Shown here piece after piece: positions 56,731-64,000 of a DNA stretch of 64,000 bases (position 1 is its first letter; each line of letters begins with the position of its first letter). The translations under genes and the position numbers were made by a program. The stretch comes from a virus (taxonomy: Duplodnaviria > Caudoviricetes): the IMG/VR virus record IMGVR_UViG_2881966637_000004, positions 1 to 64,000 of that record; one strand, given 5' to 3'. The notes beneath the pieces are model-generated. The model saw nothing but the letters and a program-made list of their open reading frames with translations. It searched no databases and was not told the origin of the DNA.

Positions 56731-57377
56731 CCTGGATGGAAGCCCATGATCGGATCACGTTCTTTCTCTCGCAGGAAGGACGCCCCTGGTACAACCAGGA
56801 AGAGATCGACATGGCCTTGCAGCAGGCGCAGCGCGACTGGCTCCGGCAGGAGCTGTCGGCAGCGGAGAGCAACGGCGAAAGCCGCGAATCATTGGGACTC
56901 ATCACCCGGATTGTGACGGGTGAGGGCACGGTGATCGACATGAGCGCGGATAAGTTCAAGGGGCTCGTCCGGCTCCTGTCGATAGAGTGCCGCTGGAAAG
57001 ACCCCCAGACGGGTTCGGCGGGTACGTTCGTGGCGGTACGGCCCGTCAGCCGCGACGCGCTGGCCCGCACGATGCGCAACCCCTTCGGGCGGGCGACCGA
57101 CGCCCAGCCGCTCTACGTGATGGGGCAGCCCAATGTGCAGCCGGGCAGTGAGCCGGCCCTGCAGGTCACCCTGCTGAGCGAGTCACCGCCTTCGTCCTGG
57201 CGCGTTTCGTTCGTGGTCGAACCCGCCCAGCCGGACGGAGCAAATAAGCCGGACGATCTGTGGACGGGCGTGGGGCCACTGCAGCAGCAGCAGATCATCC
57301 AGCGGGCCGTGCAGTGGCTCATGCACCAACAGGACAACACACCCGCCTGGCAGCGTCAGGCGCAAACCCAGACTTAA
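56727..57377 (+). CDS. Head-tail ring/adaptor protein
   Basis: N-terminal WYNQEEIDMALQQAQ and C-terminal QQQIIQRAV resemble crAss-like ring proteins. ATGA overlap. Confidence 0.65.
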   Translation: MTWMEAHDRITFFLSQEGRPWYNQEEIDMALQQAQRDWLRQELSAAESNGESRESLGLITRIVTGEGTVIDMSADKFKGLVRLLSIECRWKDPQTGSAGTFVAVRPVSRDALARTMRNPFGRATDAQPLYVMGQPNVQPGSEPALQVTLLSESPPSSWRVSFVVEPAQPDGANKPDDLWTGVGPLQQQQIIQRAVQWLMHQQDNTPAWQRQAQTQT

Positions 57378-57405
57378 ATAAACCACACCAGTTTTTCTTA
57401 CCGCT

Positions 57406-58347
57406 ATGGCCAATATCACAGAGTTCGCCCACGGGCCGCAGATACCCGGATCGCTCGTCTACGACGGCACAGACCTGCTCATACCAGCCCTTGACCCGGC
57501 GGTAAAACCTGACCGAGCCATCATCCTGGGCACGGGAGCAGCCAGCTCCATCGCCCTGACGCGGGGTGTGGTCGTGGCTACCGACGAGCTGGGCAACAAG
57601 CTGCGCTTTAAGTACAAAGACATCGAAGAGGATAGCGTCGTGGTGACCACCTCGGCTACCTCCGTCGCCCGCGTGGTAGACATCCAGGCCGTGGCAATGG
57701 CAACGGGTGGGCTGATCTCGCTCTCGCTCTTCCGCCACGAAGGCCGCCAGGAGTACCCCTACCGGGAAGACTACAGCGTCGATCTGGGCACGACCAACAC
57801 CACCGCTGCCAACGTAGCGGCCAAGATCATCGCCGAGATCAACCGCGACCCCAAACGGATCGTCACCGCATCGGAAGGGGCCAGCTCAACGAAGGTGCGG
57901 CTCACCTCGCTCAAGCCGGGGCTTGGCTTCACGGTCACCAAAGGCGACGGCTTCACCGACGAGACGGTCATCACCGAGCAACGCGCCGAGTTCGCTACCG
58001 GCCCGACCCTGAAAGACATCATGCCGGCCGGCTCGTACACCACGGCGCAGGTTGCTACGGGTAAGACCTACAAGGTCATCTCGCTGGTGGCTTACGAACA
58101 CATTGACCTGGCCAATGCGGGCTTCATCGGCGGACGGGATGGTCTGCAGGGAGCCAAAGCGTTGCAGCCGTCGTCGATCTGGCTGCTGTTCGATCTGGCG
58201 ACGACCGAGTCGGGCACGGGATCAGGTACGGGTACGGGAGCCATCCCGCCCAGCGACTTCGACAAGGCGATCAGCATCCTTACCGGAGCCGAGCCGCAGG
58301 CTGCCTACCTGTCGCGTCTGGCTTCATCCACACCGATTAACGCATAA
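57406..58347 (+). CDS. Auxiliary capsid / structural protein, 313 aa
   Basis: Beta-rich, Thr/Ala-rich, AAKIIAEINRDP. Followed by terminators, consistent with a high-copy protein. Confidence 0.55.
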   Translation: MANITEFAHGPQIPGSLVYDGTDLLIPALDPAVKPDRAIILGTGAASSIALTRGVVVATDELGNKLRFKYKDIEEDSVVVTTSATSVARVVDIQAVAMATGGLISLSLFRHEGRQEYPYREDYSVDLGTTNTTAANVAAKIIAEINRDPKRIVTASEGASSTKVRLTSLKPGLGFTVTKGDGFTDETVITEQRAEFATGPTLKDIMPAGSYTTAQVATGKTYKVISLVAYEHIDLANAGFIGGRDGLQGAKALQPSSIWLLFDLATTESGTGSGTGTGAIPPSDFDKAISILTGAEPQAAYLSRLASSTPINA

Positions 58348-58351
58348 GAGT

Positions 58352-58440
58352 ACCCTGGGCGTGGGTATCCCTGCGCCCAGGGTTGGTTGGCCGATGCCGG
58401 ACGGTAGCAGCGACGCTGCCTGCCGCCGGCATCTTTTTTT
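58352..58440 (+). terminator. Two tandem hairpins, the second a strong intrinsic terminator, directly before the portal gene
   Basis: Stem 58352-58383 (ACCCTGGGCG...CGCCCAGGGT). Long stem 58393-58433 (GATGCCGG...CCGGCATC) followed by T7. Confidence 0.8.
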
Positions 58441-58454
58441 CTCCCCCCTTCGCC

Positions 58455-60875
58455 ATGCAGCCAAACCCATCGGTTATCACCCCCTACCAGAACCCCTACC
58501 AGACCGTCGCGTCGGACAAAGCCAATGACTTCGGTGACTACCCCCTGCTGGTGGTGCCCGAAGGAAAGCCCGGCTCGGCCGAGTACGAGCGAAAGCTGGA
58601 CGCCCTCTTCAAGCGGCTCCACGACTGGCTCTCCTCGCGCTGGCTGTATCGCAACGACACCAACGGCACCGGCCCCTTTGCGCGGAACCCCCTCAAAAAC
58701 TACAAGCGCGTCAACGGTACGCCCGACGAGGCCGACCACGCCGACATCCTGGCTCCCTTCGGACAGGCGGGCCTCTCGCAGCTACAGGCCGCCGACTTCT
58801 ATTCGACCAACCTGGGGGTGCTGGCCGGTATCCTGGCCGAGTCGCCACTGCGCTACAGCGTGGACATCCTCAACCCCGAAGTCTCCGAGCGGGCACTGGA
58901 TAAAGTAGCCCAGATGGGAGCCGAAGGCTTTCTGCGGGCCGCTGCCCAGCAGGCCAGCCAGGCGACCGGCACCGACCTGCAGCCGGGCCTGACCGACCCG
59001 TCGATCTTCGTGCCCGATAACGAAGACGAAGTCATGGCCCCCCTGACGGAGAAGGAAGAGATCGCGTCGGTGACCTACGACATGCTCAAGGCCGCCAGCG
59101 AGGAGACGCGGCTCGAACGCATCCTGGCCAACTGCTTCGATGATCTCGGCGTGGTCAACGCCGAGATGATGGAGATACGCATTGAGAACGGCAAGCTCCG
59201 GGTGGACCGGCTGACGGGCAACGAAGTCGCCTGGCTGGGACCGGCCGAGATTGAGAAGGCGGACCAGGCCGACGGCTGGGGTATCTTCCGGATGCTGCCG
59301 GCGACCCAGTGCGTGGCCCAGTACGGCGGCTACATGGAAGAGGTAGACACGCTCAAGGCGTTTAAGAGCTGGCTGGAAAACGGCATGAAGGATCAGCCGG
59401 CTGCGGTAGCCGGGCCCAAAGCCCAGACGAGCTGGTCGCTGCGAAACGCCCTGCCCTACGTGAGCAATGGCGACACGCCGGCCCTGCTCGAAAGCCGTAT
59501 CTACGTTAAGCTGGTGCGCTTTCTCAAGTTCGCCCTGACCCTGGACGGGTTGGAGCTCAGCGACGAGCAGGTCAAAAAGTTCAGAAAGCGGCAGCTTGAC
59601 GAGGCCGAGCGGGTACTCTATACCCGGCTGACCGACGAAGAGGCCGAGGTGCAGAAGGCGCAGGGGCGGGCGATCCACACCATTCCCATCGTCGAACTGT
59701 GGGAGTCGGTGCGGCTGGGCGGTGAGCACCTGATCTACCGACGCCCCGCGCCGGGGCAGATCAGACGGCAGGGGGAGCGGGCCAATGTGAAGTATCCCAT
59801 CATCGCCCACTTCCAGCCGGGCCAGAGTCTGGTCACCAAAGGTGTTCCGCTCTACGAGCTGCACACCAACATTATGACCAAGCTCCGCAAGCTCGTCGCC
59901 CTGTCGGGCATGAAGACACTGGTGATCGACGCCAGCGAGGTGCCGGAAGGGTCAAGCGTGGACCAGATGCTCATCGAAGCCAACGAGATCGGGGTGCTGG
60001 TGATCAACAGCCAGCGCACGTCAGGGGCTCCCACGAAGGAAAGCTACAAGCACATGACCACCGTTGATCTGAGTCTGAACGACAACGTGGTTCACCTGCT
60101 CAACCTGGCCGCCACGCTGCGGGATATGTACGACAACATGACTGGGGTGACGCCGGCCATGAAAGGACTCTTCGCCAACCGCGAGGCACTGGGCCAGACG
60201 CAGATGGCCAAGCTGCAGGGTACGCTGATTTCGCAGCGGCACTTTGCGGCTCATTCCGAGTTTGTGCGGGAAGGCCTTGAGGTGATGGTCAACCTAGGCA
60301 AGTATGTCTGGGCGGGGCAGGGTCGCAAGCGCATCCTGCTGGGCGAGGGGGGTGTGAAGACCTTGCGGCTGGCCGAGGAGATAAACAGCTACGACTACGG
60401 CATCTACCTGTCGGATTCGATGAAGGCCGCCAGGGATAAGGAGTTTTTGATGAACGTCGCCCAGCAGGGCATGTCGAGCGGTCAGGTCGGCCTGAGAGAG
60501 ATCATCTCCATGTACTACGCGGATAACCCCTACAAGGTACTCAGCATCGTCAGAGACGGGCTATCGGCTTACGAGCGGATGGAAGGGCAGATCAAGCAGA
60601 TGCAGGCGGAGAACCAGCAGGCGATGGCCGAAGCGGCAAAGGCCAGGGCGCAGGCTCCGATAGAGGTGGCCAACATCACCGGGCAGTGGAAGCTGGAAGT
60701 GGAAAAGCTCAAACAGGAGTTCGAGGCAATGCGTCAGGAAGGCAAGCTGCAGCACGACGCCGACAAGTTCGACGTGGGCAACCAGGTAGCCGTCAAGCGC
60801 GACGCCATGCGCCTGACGGCCCAGGAAGAGATGGCTAATCCGCAGCCGGAGGTGGTGCCAGTGGACGCCCGCTAA
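58455..60875 (+). CDS. Portal protein (crAss-like), about 806 aa
   Basis: PLRYSVDILNPEVSERALDK, LWESVRLG, YPII, LVTKGVPLYELHTNIMTKLRKL, G++++ID.SEVP, TGVTP and C-terminal Q/A-rich barrel. Confidence 0.88.
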   Translation: MQPNPSVITPYQNPYQTVASDKANDFGDYPLLVVPEGKPGSAEYERKLDALFKRLHDWLSSRWLYRNDTNGTGPFARNPLKNYKRVNGTPDEADHADILAPFGQAGLSQLQAADFYSTNLGVLAGILAESPLRYSVDILNPEVSERALDKVAQMGAEGFLRAAAQQASQATGTDLQPGLTDPSIFVPDNEDEVMAPLTEKEEIASVTYDMLKAASEETRLERILANCFDDLGVVNAEMMEIRIENGKLRVDRLTGNEVAWLGPAEIEKADQADGWGIFRMLPATQCVAQYGGYMEEVDTLKAFKSWLENGMKDQPAAVAGPKAQTSWSLRNALPYVSNGDTPALLESRIYVKLVRFLKFALTLDGLELSDEQVKKFRKRQLDEAERVLYTRLTDEEAEVQKAQGRAIHTIPIVELWESVRLGGEHLIYRRPAPGQIRRQGERANVKYPIIAHFQPGQSLVTKGVPLYELHTNIMTKLRKLVALSGMKTLVIDASEVPEGSSVDQMLIEANEIGVLVINSQRTSGAPTKESYKHMTTVDLSLNDNVVHLLNLAATLRDMYDNMTGVTPAMKGLFANREALGQTQMAKLQGTLISQRHFAAHSEFVREGLEVMVNLGKYVWAGQGRKRILLGEGGVKTLRLAEEINSYDYGIYLSDSMKAARDKEFLMNVAQQGMSSGQVGLREIISMYYADNPYKVLSIVRDGLSAYERMEGQIKQMQAENQQAMAEAAKARAQAPIEVANITGQWKLEVEKLKQEFEAMRQEGKLQHDADKFDVGNQVAVKRDAMRLTAQEEMANPQPEVVPVDAR

Positions 60876-61092
60876 ATTCGTAGGTAGGCGAAGGAAATTT
60901 ATATCGTTCAGCCAATGCCTTTTTCGCGCAATTAGGGAGCGGGTTTTCGTTTTCGTCTTCTACGTATGCATCGTGAAGATGCAATTCATCCCCCGCCAGC
61001 GTGGTTACTATAGTGTGCGAACCGTCTGTTATTTCCTTACCGCAGTAGTCGCAATAGGTTACCCGGTACGGCACTAGTTCTGTTCGTCTCAT
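60835..61092 (-). CDS. Small Cys-containing hypothetical protein
   Basis: YCDYCG motif. Convergent with and overlapping the portal 3' end. Confidence 0.55.
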   Translation of the reverse strand: MRRTELVPYRVTYCDYCGKEITDGSHTIVTTLAGDELHLHDAYVEDENENPLPNCAKKALAERYKFPSPTYEFSGRPLAPPPAAD

Positions 61093-61093
61093 A

Positions 61094-61414
61094 TCATCCG
61101 TTTCTCGCCCGGTCGGCGTTGGTTTGTTCGTCTTTAGAAGGAACGCCGGGGAACGATGAAGTCTCAAGGTCAATGAACGGGGTGCCCGCATAGATGGCCG
61201 GCTTCTCCGGAAGTGGCCCACTAATCTCTTCATCCCACCCTTCGGCTTCCTGATAGCCTTCTTCGTCCAGATACCAGTCTGCCTTTGTTACTGACACAAC
61301 GGTATTTCCGCCCGACTCTCCCTTCTCCCAGTGGATGGGGCTGTCAAGTATGTTGTCGTCGGTGATGGTATTCAGCAGGTCGCGCACTTCGCGCCAGTTG
61401 GTTAGTTTAGTCAT
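61094..61414 (-). CDS. Acidic hypothetical protein, 106 aa
   Basis: Coupled to its neighbours in the leftward block. Confidence 0.65.
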   Translation of the reverse strand: MTKLTNWREVRDLLNTITDDNILDSPIHWEKGESGGNTVVSVTKADWYLDEEGYQEAEGWDEEISGPLPEKPAIYAGTPFIDLETSSFPGVPSKDEQTNADRARNG

Positions 61415-61823
61415 TGGTTGGTTGGTTTACTGTGATTGTTTCAAAATAAAAGACGATAGGCTTTGGTGTTTCTTCGACAAGGCCGTACCGCTTTGCCATC
61501 CTGTAGTTTGAGCTATAGCTGTTAACCCGCTTGATCTGATCTTGGATTTCAGATCGAAAGAACTCAATAGGGTTGGTACTCTTCCAGTTGTTGCAGACCC
61601 TACAGGCGGGCATCAGGTTGTCAATGTGGTTAACATCGTCCGTAGTCAGGTGTAGTAAGTAGTCTGGCACCTGCCACTTGTTGACGATATGGGTCAGGAA
61701 GTTTCGCTGGGAGATAATGTGATCCACCTGAAACCCGTTTTCCTTAATGGACTCTCCGCAGTACCCACACCGTCCGCCACACTTTTGATACACCTTCTGT
61801 CGCAGGGCTTTACCGATTGCCAT
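61407..61823 (-). CDS. HNH endonuclease
   Basis: RQKVYQKCGGRCGYCG...QVDHII...NLMPACRVCNNWK. Confidence 0.92.
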   Translation of the reverse strand: MAIGKALRQKVYQKCGGRCGYCGESIKENGFQVDHIISQRNFLTHIVNKWQVPDYLLHLTTDDVNHIDNLMPACRVCNNWKSTNPIEFFRSEIQDQIKRVNSYSSNYRMAKRYGLVEETPKPIVFYFETITVNQPTND

Positions 61824-62073
61824 AGTCTTTGTAGTGGTTCTTGTTTCTAGCCCGGTGCCGGTGTCTGATGCGCAGTCTGGCATAGCGAACCAGTGTGTGA
61901 TACAGGCCGGCGTATGAGATGATACGGGTGACTGGCCCGTCAAGTGACCACAGCAGAAGCCGGGCTATGGCCGACAGGCCCGCGTAGAGTATAGCCAGAC
62001 AGACAACCCCGGCTATGGTGCATAGAACGATGAAGAGCATGAAGCCTTCGAGTCCGTTAAATTCAAGGTGCAT
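61810..62073 (-). CDS. Small membrane protein
   Basis: Long hydrophobic segment. Confidence 0.55.
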   Translation of the reverse strand: MHLEFNGLEGFMLFIVLCTIAGVVCLAILYAGLSAIARLLLWSLDGPVTRIISYAGLYHTLVRYARLRIRHRHRARNKNHYKDYGNR

Positions 62074-62090
62074 GGGATGGGTGGTTAAAA

Positions 62091-62124
62091 CGACGGGCCG
62101 GCAAAAAAGATGACCGGCCCGTCG
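62091..62124 (-). terminator. Intrinsic terminator after the lipoprotein gene
   Basis: CGACGGGCCGG-12 nt-CCGGCCCGTCG, followed by TTTT on the minus strand. Confidence 0.75.
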
Positions 62125-62145
62125 CAGGTTGATTACAGTTGACGA

Positions 62146-62841
62146 TTAATACCAACCGCCCGGCGGTGTGCCTGGTTCAAAGTAGGCAACCATGATGCTG
62201 TTCGTTGGCCCGTTTTCGTGTACCCAGTACATTGTCGGCTGATTGTTGGGGCCATAAAAAATATAGACCGTAATACCGTACAACCCACAGGCCGGATCAT
62301 GGTTGTTGTTGGTCCGGTAGGTGAGGTTCGGAGAGCCGGGGATGGTGTTATAGATATGGCTGATGGGGCTTTGCTGACTGGGCAGTACCATGCGCCGAAG
62401 TCCGGAGTCGCCACACACCGGGTCAATATAGCTCCCCGGCTCAGAGCACAACGTCATGTGCGAAATGTAGTACCGGCCGTCTACGGGCGGCTGGATGCTC
62501 AAATAGACAAAGTCGAACATGCAGCTTAACGGAAACATCGACTTATACTGGGCCTTGTTTTTGGCGTATCCGGGGGTGTAGATATATTCCTCGGTAGCAT
62601 ACCAATCAACAAACCGCCAGCTGCCAACGATTTCGGCAGGGAGTTCCTGGGCGGGACGGGCCGACTTGTTGGTAGTTGTCTTGGCACTAAGGTCAACCTT
62701 CACGGCGCGACCATCGGCGACGGCCTGCAACAGTTCCGACTTAGTTTTAGGTCGCTTGTAATCGGGCTTAGACTTGGGTTCGTTGGCTTTTTCGCAGGAG
62801 AAAGCAAACAGGAGAGCGAGAATAAGAATGAGTTGTTTCAC
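62146..62841 (-). CDS. Lipoprotein (signal peptide II), moron-like
   Basis: MKQLILILALLFAFSC lipobox. Lipocalin-like start IVGSWRFVDW. Lower GC. Confidence 0.75.
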   Translation of the reverse strand: MKQLILILALLFAFSCEKANEPKSKPDYKRPKTKSELLQAVADGRAVKVDLSAKTTTNKSARPAQELPAEIVGSWRFVDWYATEEYIYTPGYAKNKAQYKSMFPLSCMFDFVYLSIQPPVDGRYYISHMTLCSEPGSYIDPVCGDSGLRRMVLPSQQSPISHIYNTIPGSPNLTYRTNNNHDPACGLYGITVYIFYGPNNQPTMYWVHENGPTNSIMVAYFEPGTPPGGWY

Positions 62842-62986
62842 GATTTGGTTGTTTGATTGTTTGGTTTGATTTGAAATAGACACTTGACAAAAGTTGATAC
62901 GTGCGGATGGGGTGGTCCTCGCTGGTATGGCATGTTGGCGATTGATTAAACTGGTTACTTTCTTTGCGGCCGAAACCCTTCCGGCC

Positions 62987-63181
62987 ATGAATCTGTCCCT
63001 GCCCTACCGCATCATCCTGTCGGCGGCCACGCTGCTGATCCTCTTCCCGATCACCCATGCTATCGCCTACAACCTGAGCCCGACCACGGCATACAATTTC
63101 CTCTACACCTGGCATGTGTGGGTGACAGGCACGGCATTGGCAACGGGGCTGCTGCTGCTAATCTGGCGGGGGTATCGTTAA
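62987..63181 (+). CDS. Small two-TM membrane protein
   Basis: MNLSLPYRIILSAATLLILFP...LATGLLLLIW. Opposite strand to its neighbours. Confidence 0.55.
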   Translation: MNLSLPYRIILSAATLLILFPITHAIAYNLSPTTAYNFLYTWHVWVTGTALATGLLLLIWRGYR

Positions 63182-63366
63182 GCGGGTCGGCCGGTTGACG
63201 GATGAATGTAGGTCGAAGCGTTAACCTGCCGGTCGGCTACGTGGCTGTCGATGGCGTGTTGAATACAGCGGATGATGTAGTCTCTGGGCTGACCGCCGAA
63301 CGTCTCGGGGGATTTGAAGCCGGTCATCTGCCGGTAGGCATGGACGGCGCGTTGCTTGCTGGTCAT
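63178..63366 (-). CDS. Hypothetical protein, 62 aa
   Basis: ATGA overlap with the upstream gene. Confidence 0.55.
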   Translation of the reverse strand: MTSKQRAVHAYRQMTGFKSPETFGGQPRDYIIRCIQHAIDSHVADRQVNASTYIHPSTGRPA

Positions 63367-63815
63367 TTCTTTTTGCGTGTCTTTTTAGTGGGCTGCATGG
63401 GTTGCATGGTTTTGCTGTCGATCAGGACGATAGTGACACCGTACTGCGCTTTGGCGTGACGGGCTTTCCACTGGAACAGAAGGTTCTTGGCACCCACTGG
63501 CGTCTTGACATCGTGCCATTCCTGATGTCCATCGTGAAAGTACACCAGGTAGTCTAGCTCGTAGTAGCCTACGAGCCCCCCACCTTCGGCGATCAAGGGC
63601 ATAACGACGTGCGTATCATAGCTGGCGATCTCACCGGCCAGAACCTGCATGTCCAGTTTACCCTTGTAGCGGTGCTCGGATATACTGTCGTAGGTGTGCC
63701 CCTCGCGTTTGATGTGCGTATTGCCGTACTTGGTTTTCTTACCTGCGCCAGTGGTTTGCTGGCGCAGGTAATCCTGATACTGCTGGGGTGTGTAGGTTTC
63801 TCTATCCTCGCTCAT
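63363..63815 (-). CDS. DUF1064-like PD-(D/E)xK nuclease-fold protein
   Basis: KYGN...GHTYDSISE...YELDYLV...HDVKT motifs. Confidence 0.8.
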   Translation of the reverse strand: MSEDRETYTPQQYQDYLRQQTTGAGKKTKYGNTHIKREGHTYDSISEHRYKGKLDMQVLAGEIASYDTHVVMPLIAEGGGLVGYYELDYLVYFHDGHQEWHDVKTPVGAKNLLFQWKARHAKAQYGVTIVLIDSKTMQPMQPTKKTRKKK

Positions 63816-64000
63816 GGTTACGTGGCCTGATGATCAGGGTGACGAAGTCGGAGAGTACCAGCGCGGGCCAGAACAGGGCCGACGCAGTCTGACGAGGCAA
63901 CTTACAGTCGTCGTAAGCCATCCAGAACAGGGCGGCCATCAGGGCGTAGGCGACACCCAGCAGGAAGAAGAGTACGAACAGCCCCGCCGATGAGGAGCAG

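Larger units (their letters stand above)
2031..62898. promoter_or_regulatory. Dispersed tandem operator-like motif RTCAAC-N4-RTCAAC (about 18 sites)
   Basis: Sites (0-2 mismatches): 2031, 2719, 4079, 6635, 6948, 7264, 7840, 8831, 10703, 12741, 22373, 36205 (three units), 41892, 50248, 52908, 55647, 62128, 62883. Confidence 0.75.
1..64000. mobile_element. Temperate crAss-like Bacteroidota phage/prophage (incomplete, boundaries not visible)
   Basis: Integrase, xis-like HTH, XRE regulator, TerL, major capsid protein, portal, tail ring and muzzle proteins, amidase. No host genes or att repeats were seen in the window. Confidence 0.85.

Noticed and set aside
1-64000. tRNA or rRNA genes
   Set aside because: No cloverleaf with T-loop GTTCRA plus a matching acceptor stem, and no rRNA-like sequence, was recognised by eye. 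tRNAscan-SE would be needed to exclude them.

Overview
The whole window is phage DNA with no recognisable host housekeeping gene. It looks like a temperate podovirus of Bacteroidota with a crAss-like (Crassvirales-type) virion module. The host is probably Cytophagales, inferred from the high GC, TTG-N20-TAnnTTTG promoters and integrase type. Layout: (1) tyrosine integrase at 1-1257; (2) a leftward block of small early genes at 1.3-8.2 kb; (3) a divergent control region and a RepL-like initiator at 8.2-9.4 kb, then small rightward genes; (4) a crAss-like tail and ejection block with HU/IHF-like protein, ring proteins, a ring-tailspike fusion, muzzle protein and three large cargo proteins (12.3-35.0 kb); (5) an opposite-strand XRE plus excisionase-like cassette (35.4-36.2 kb); (6) fibre/spike genes, lysis genes and a GT9-like glycosyltransferase (36.3-50.2 kb); (7) terminase, scaffold, major capsid protein, ring, auxiliary capsid protein and portal (50.3-60.9 kb); (8) a leftward block with HNH and DUF1064-like genes running off the right edge. 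No virion RNA polymerase, DNA polymerase, primase, tRNA, CRISPR array or att site was recognisable. The most striking unexplained structure is a 16-bp tandem motif, RTCAAC-N4-RTCAAC (10-bp period), found at about 18 gene junctions and promoters. It is almost always oriented with transcription, like mycobacteriophage stoperators. A related palindrome, TTGACAG-N5-CTGTCAA, sits at two putative late promoters. All family assignments come from recognising motifs by eye, not from database searches.
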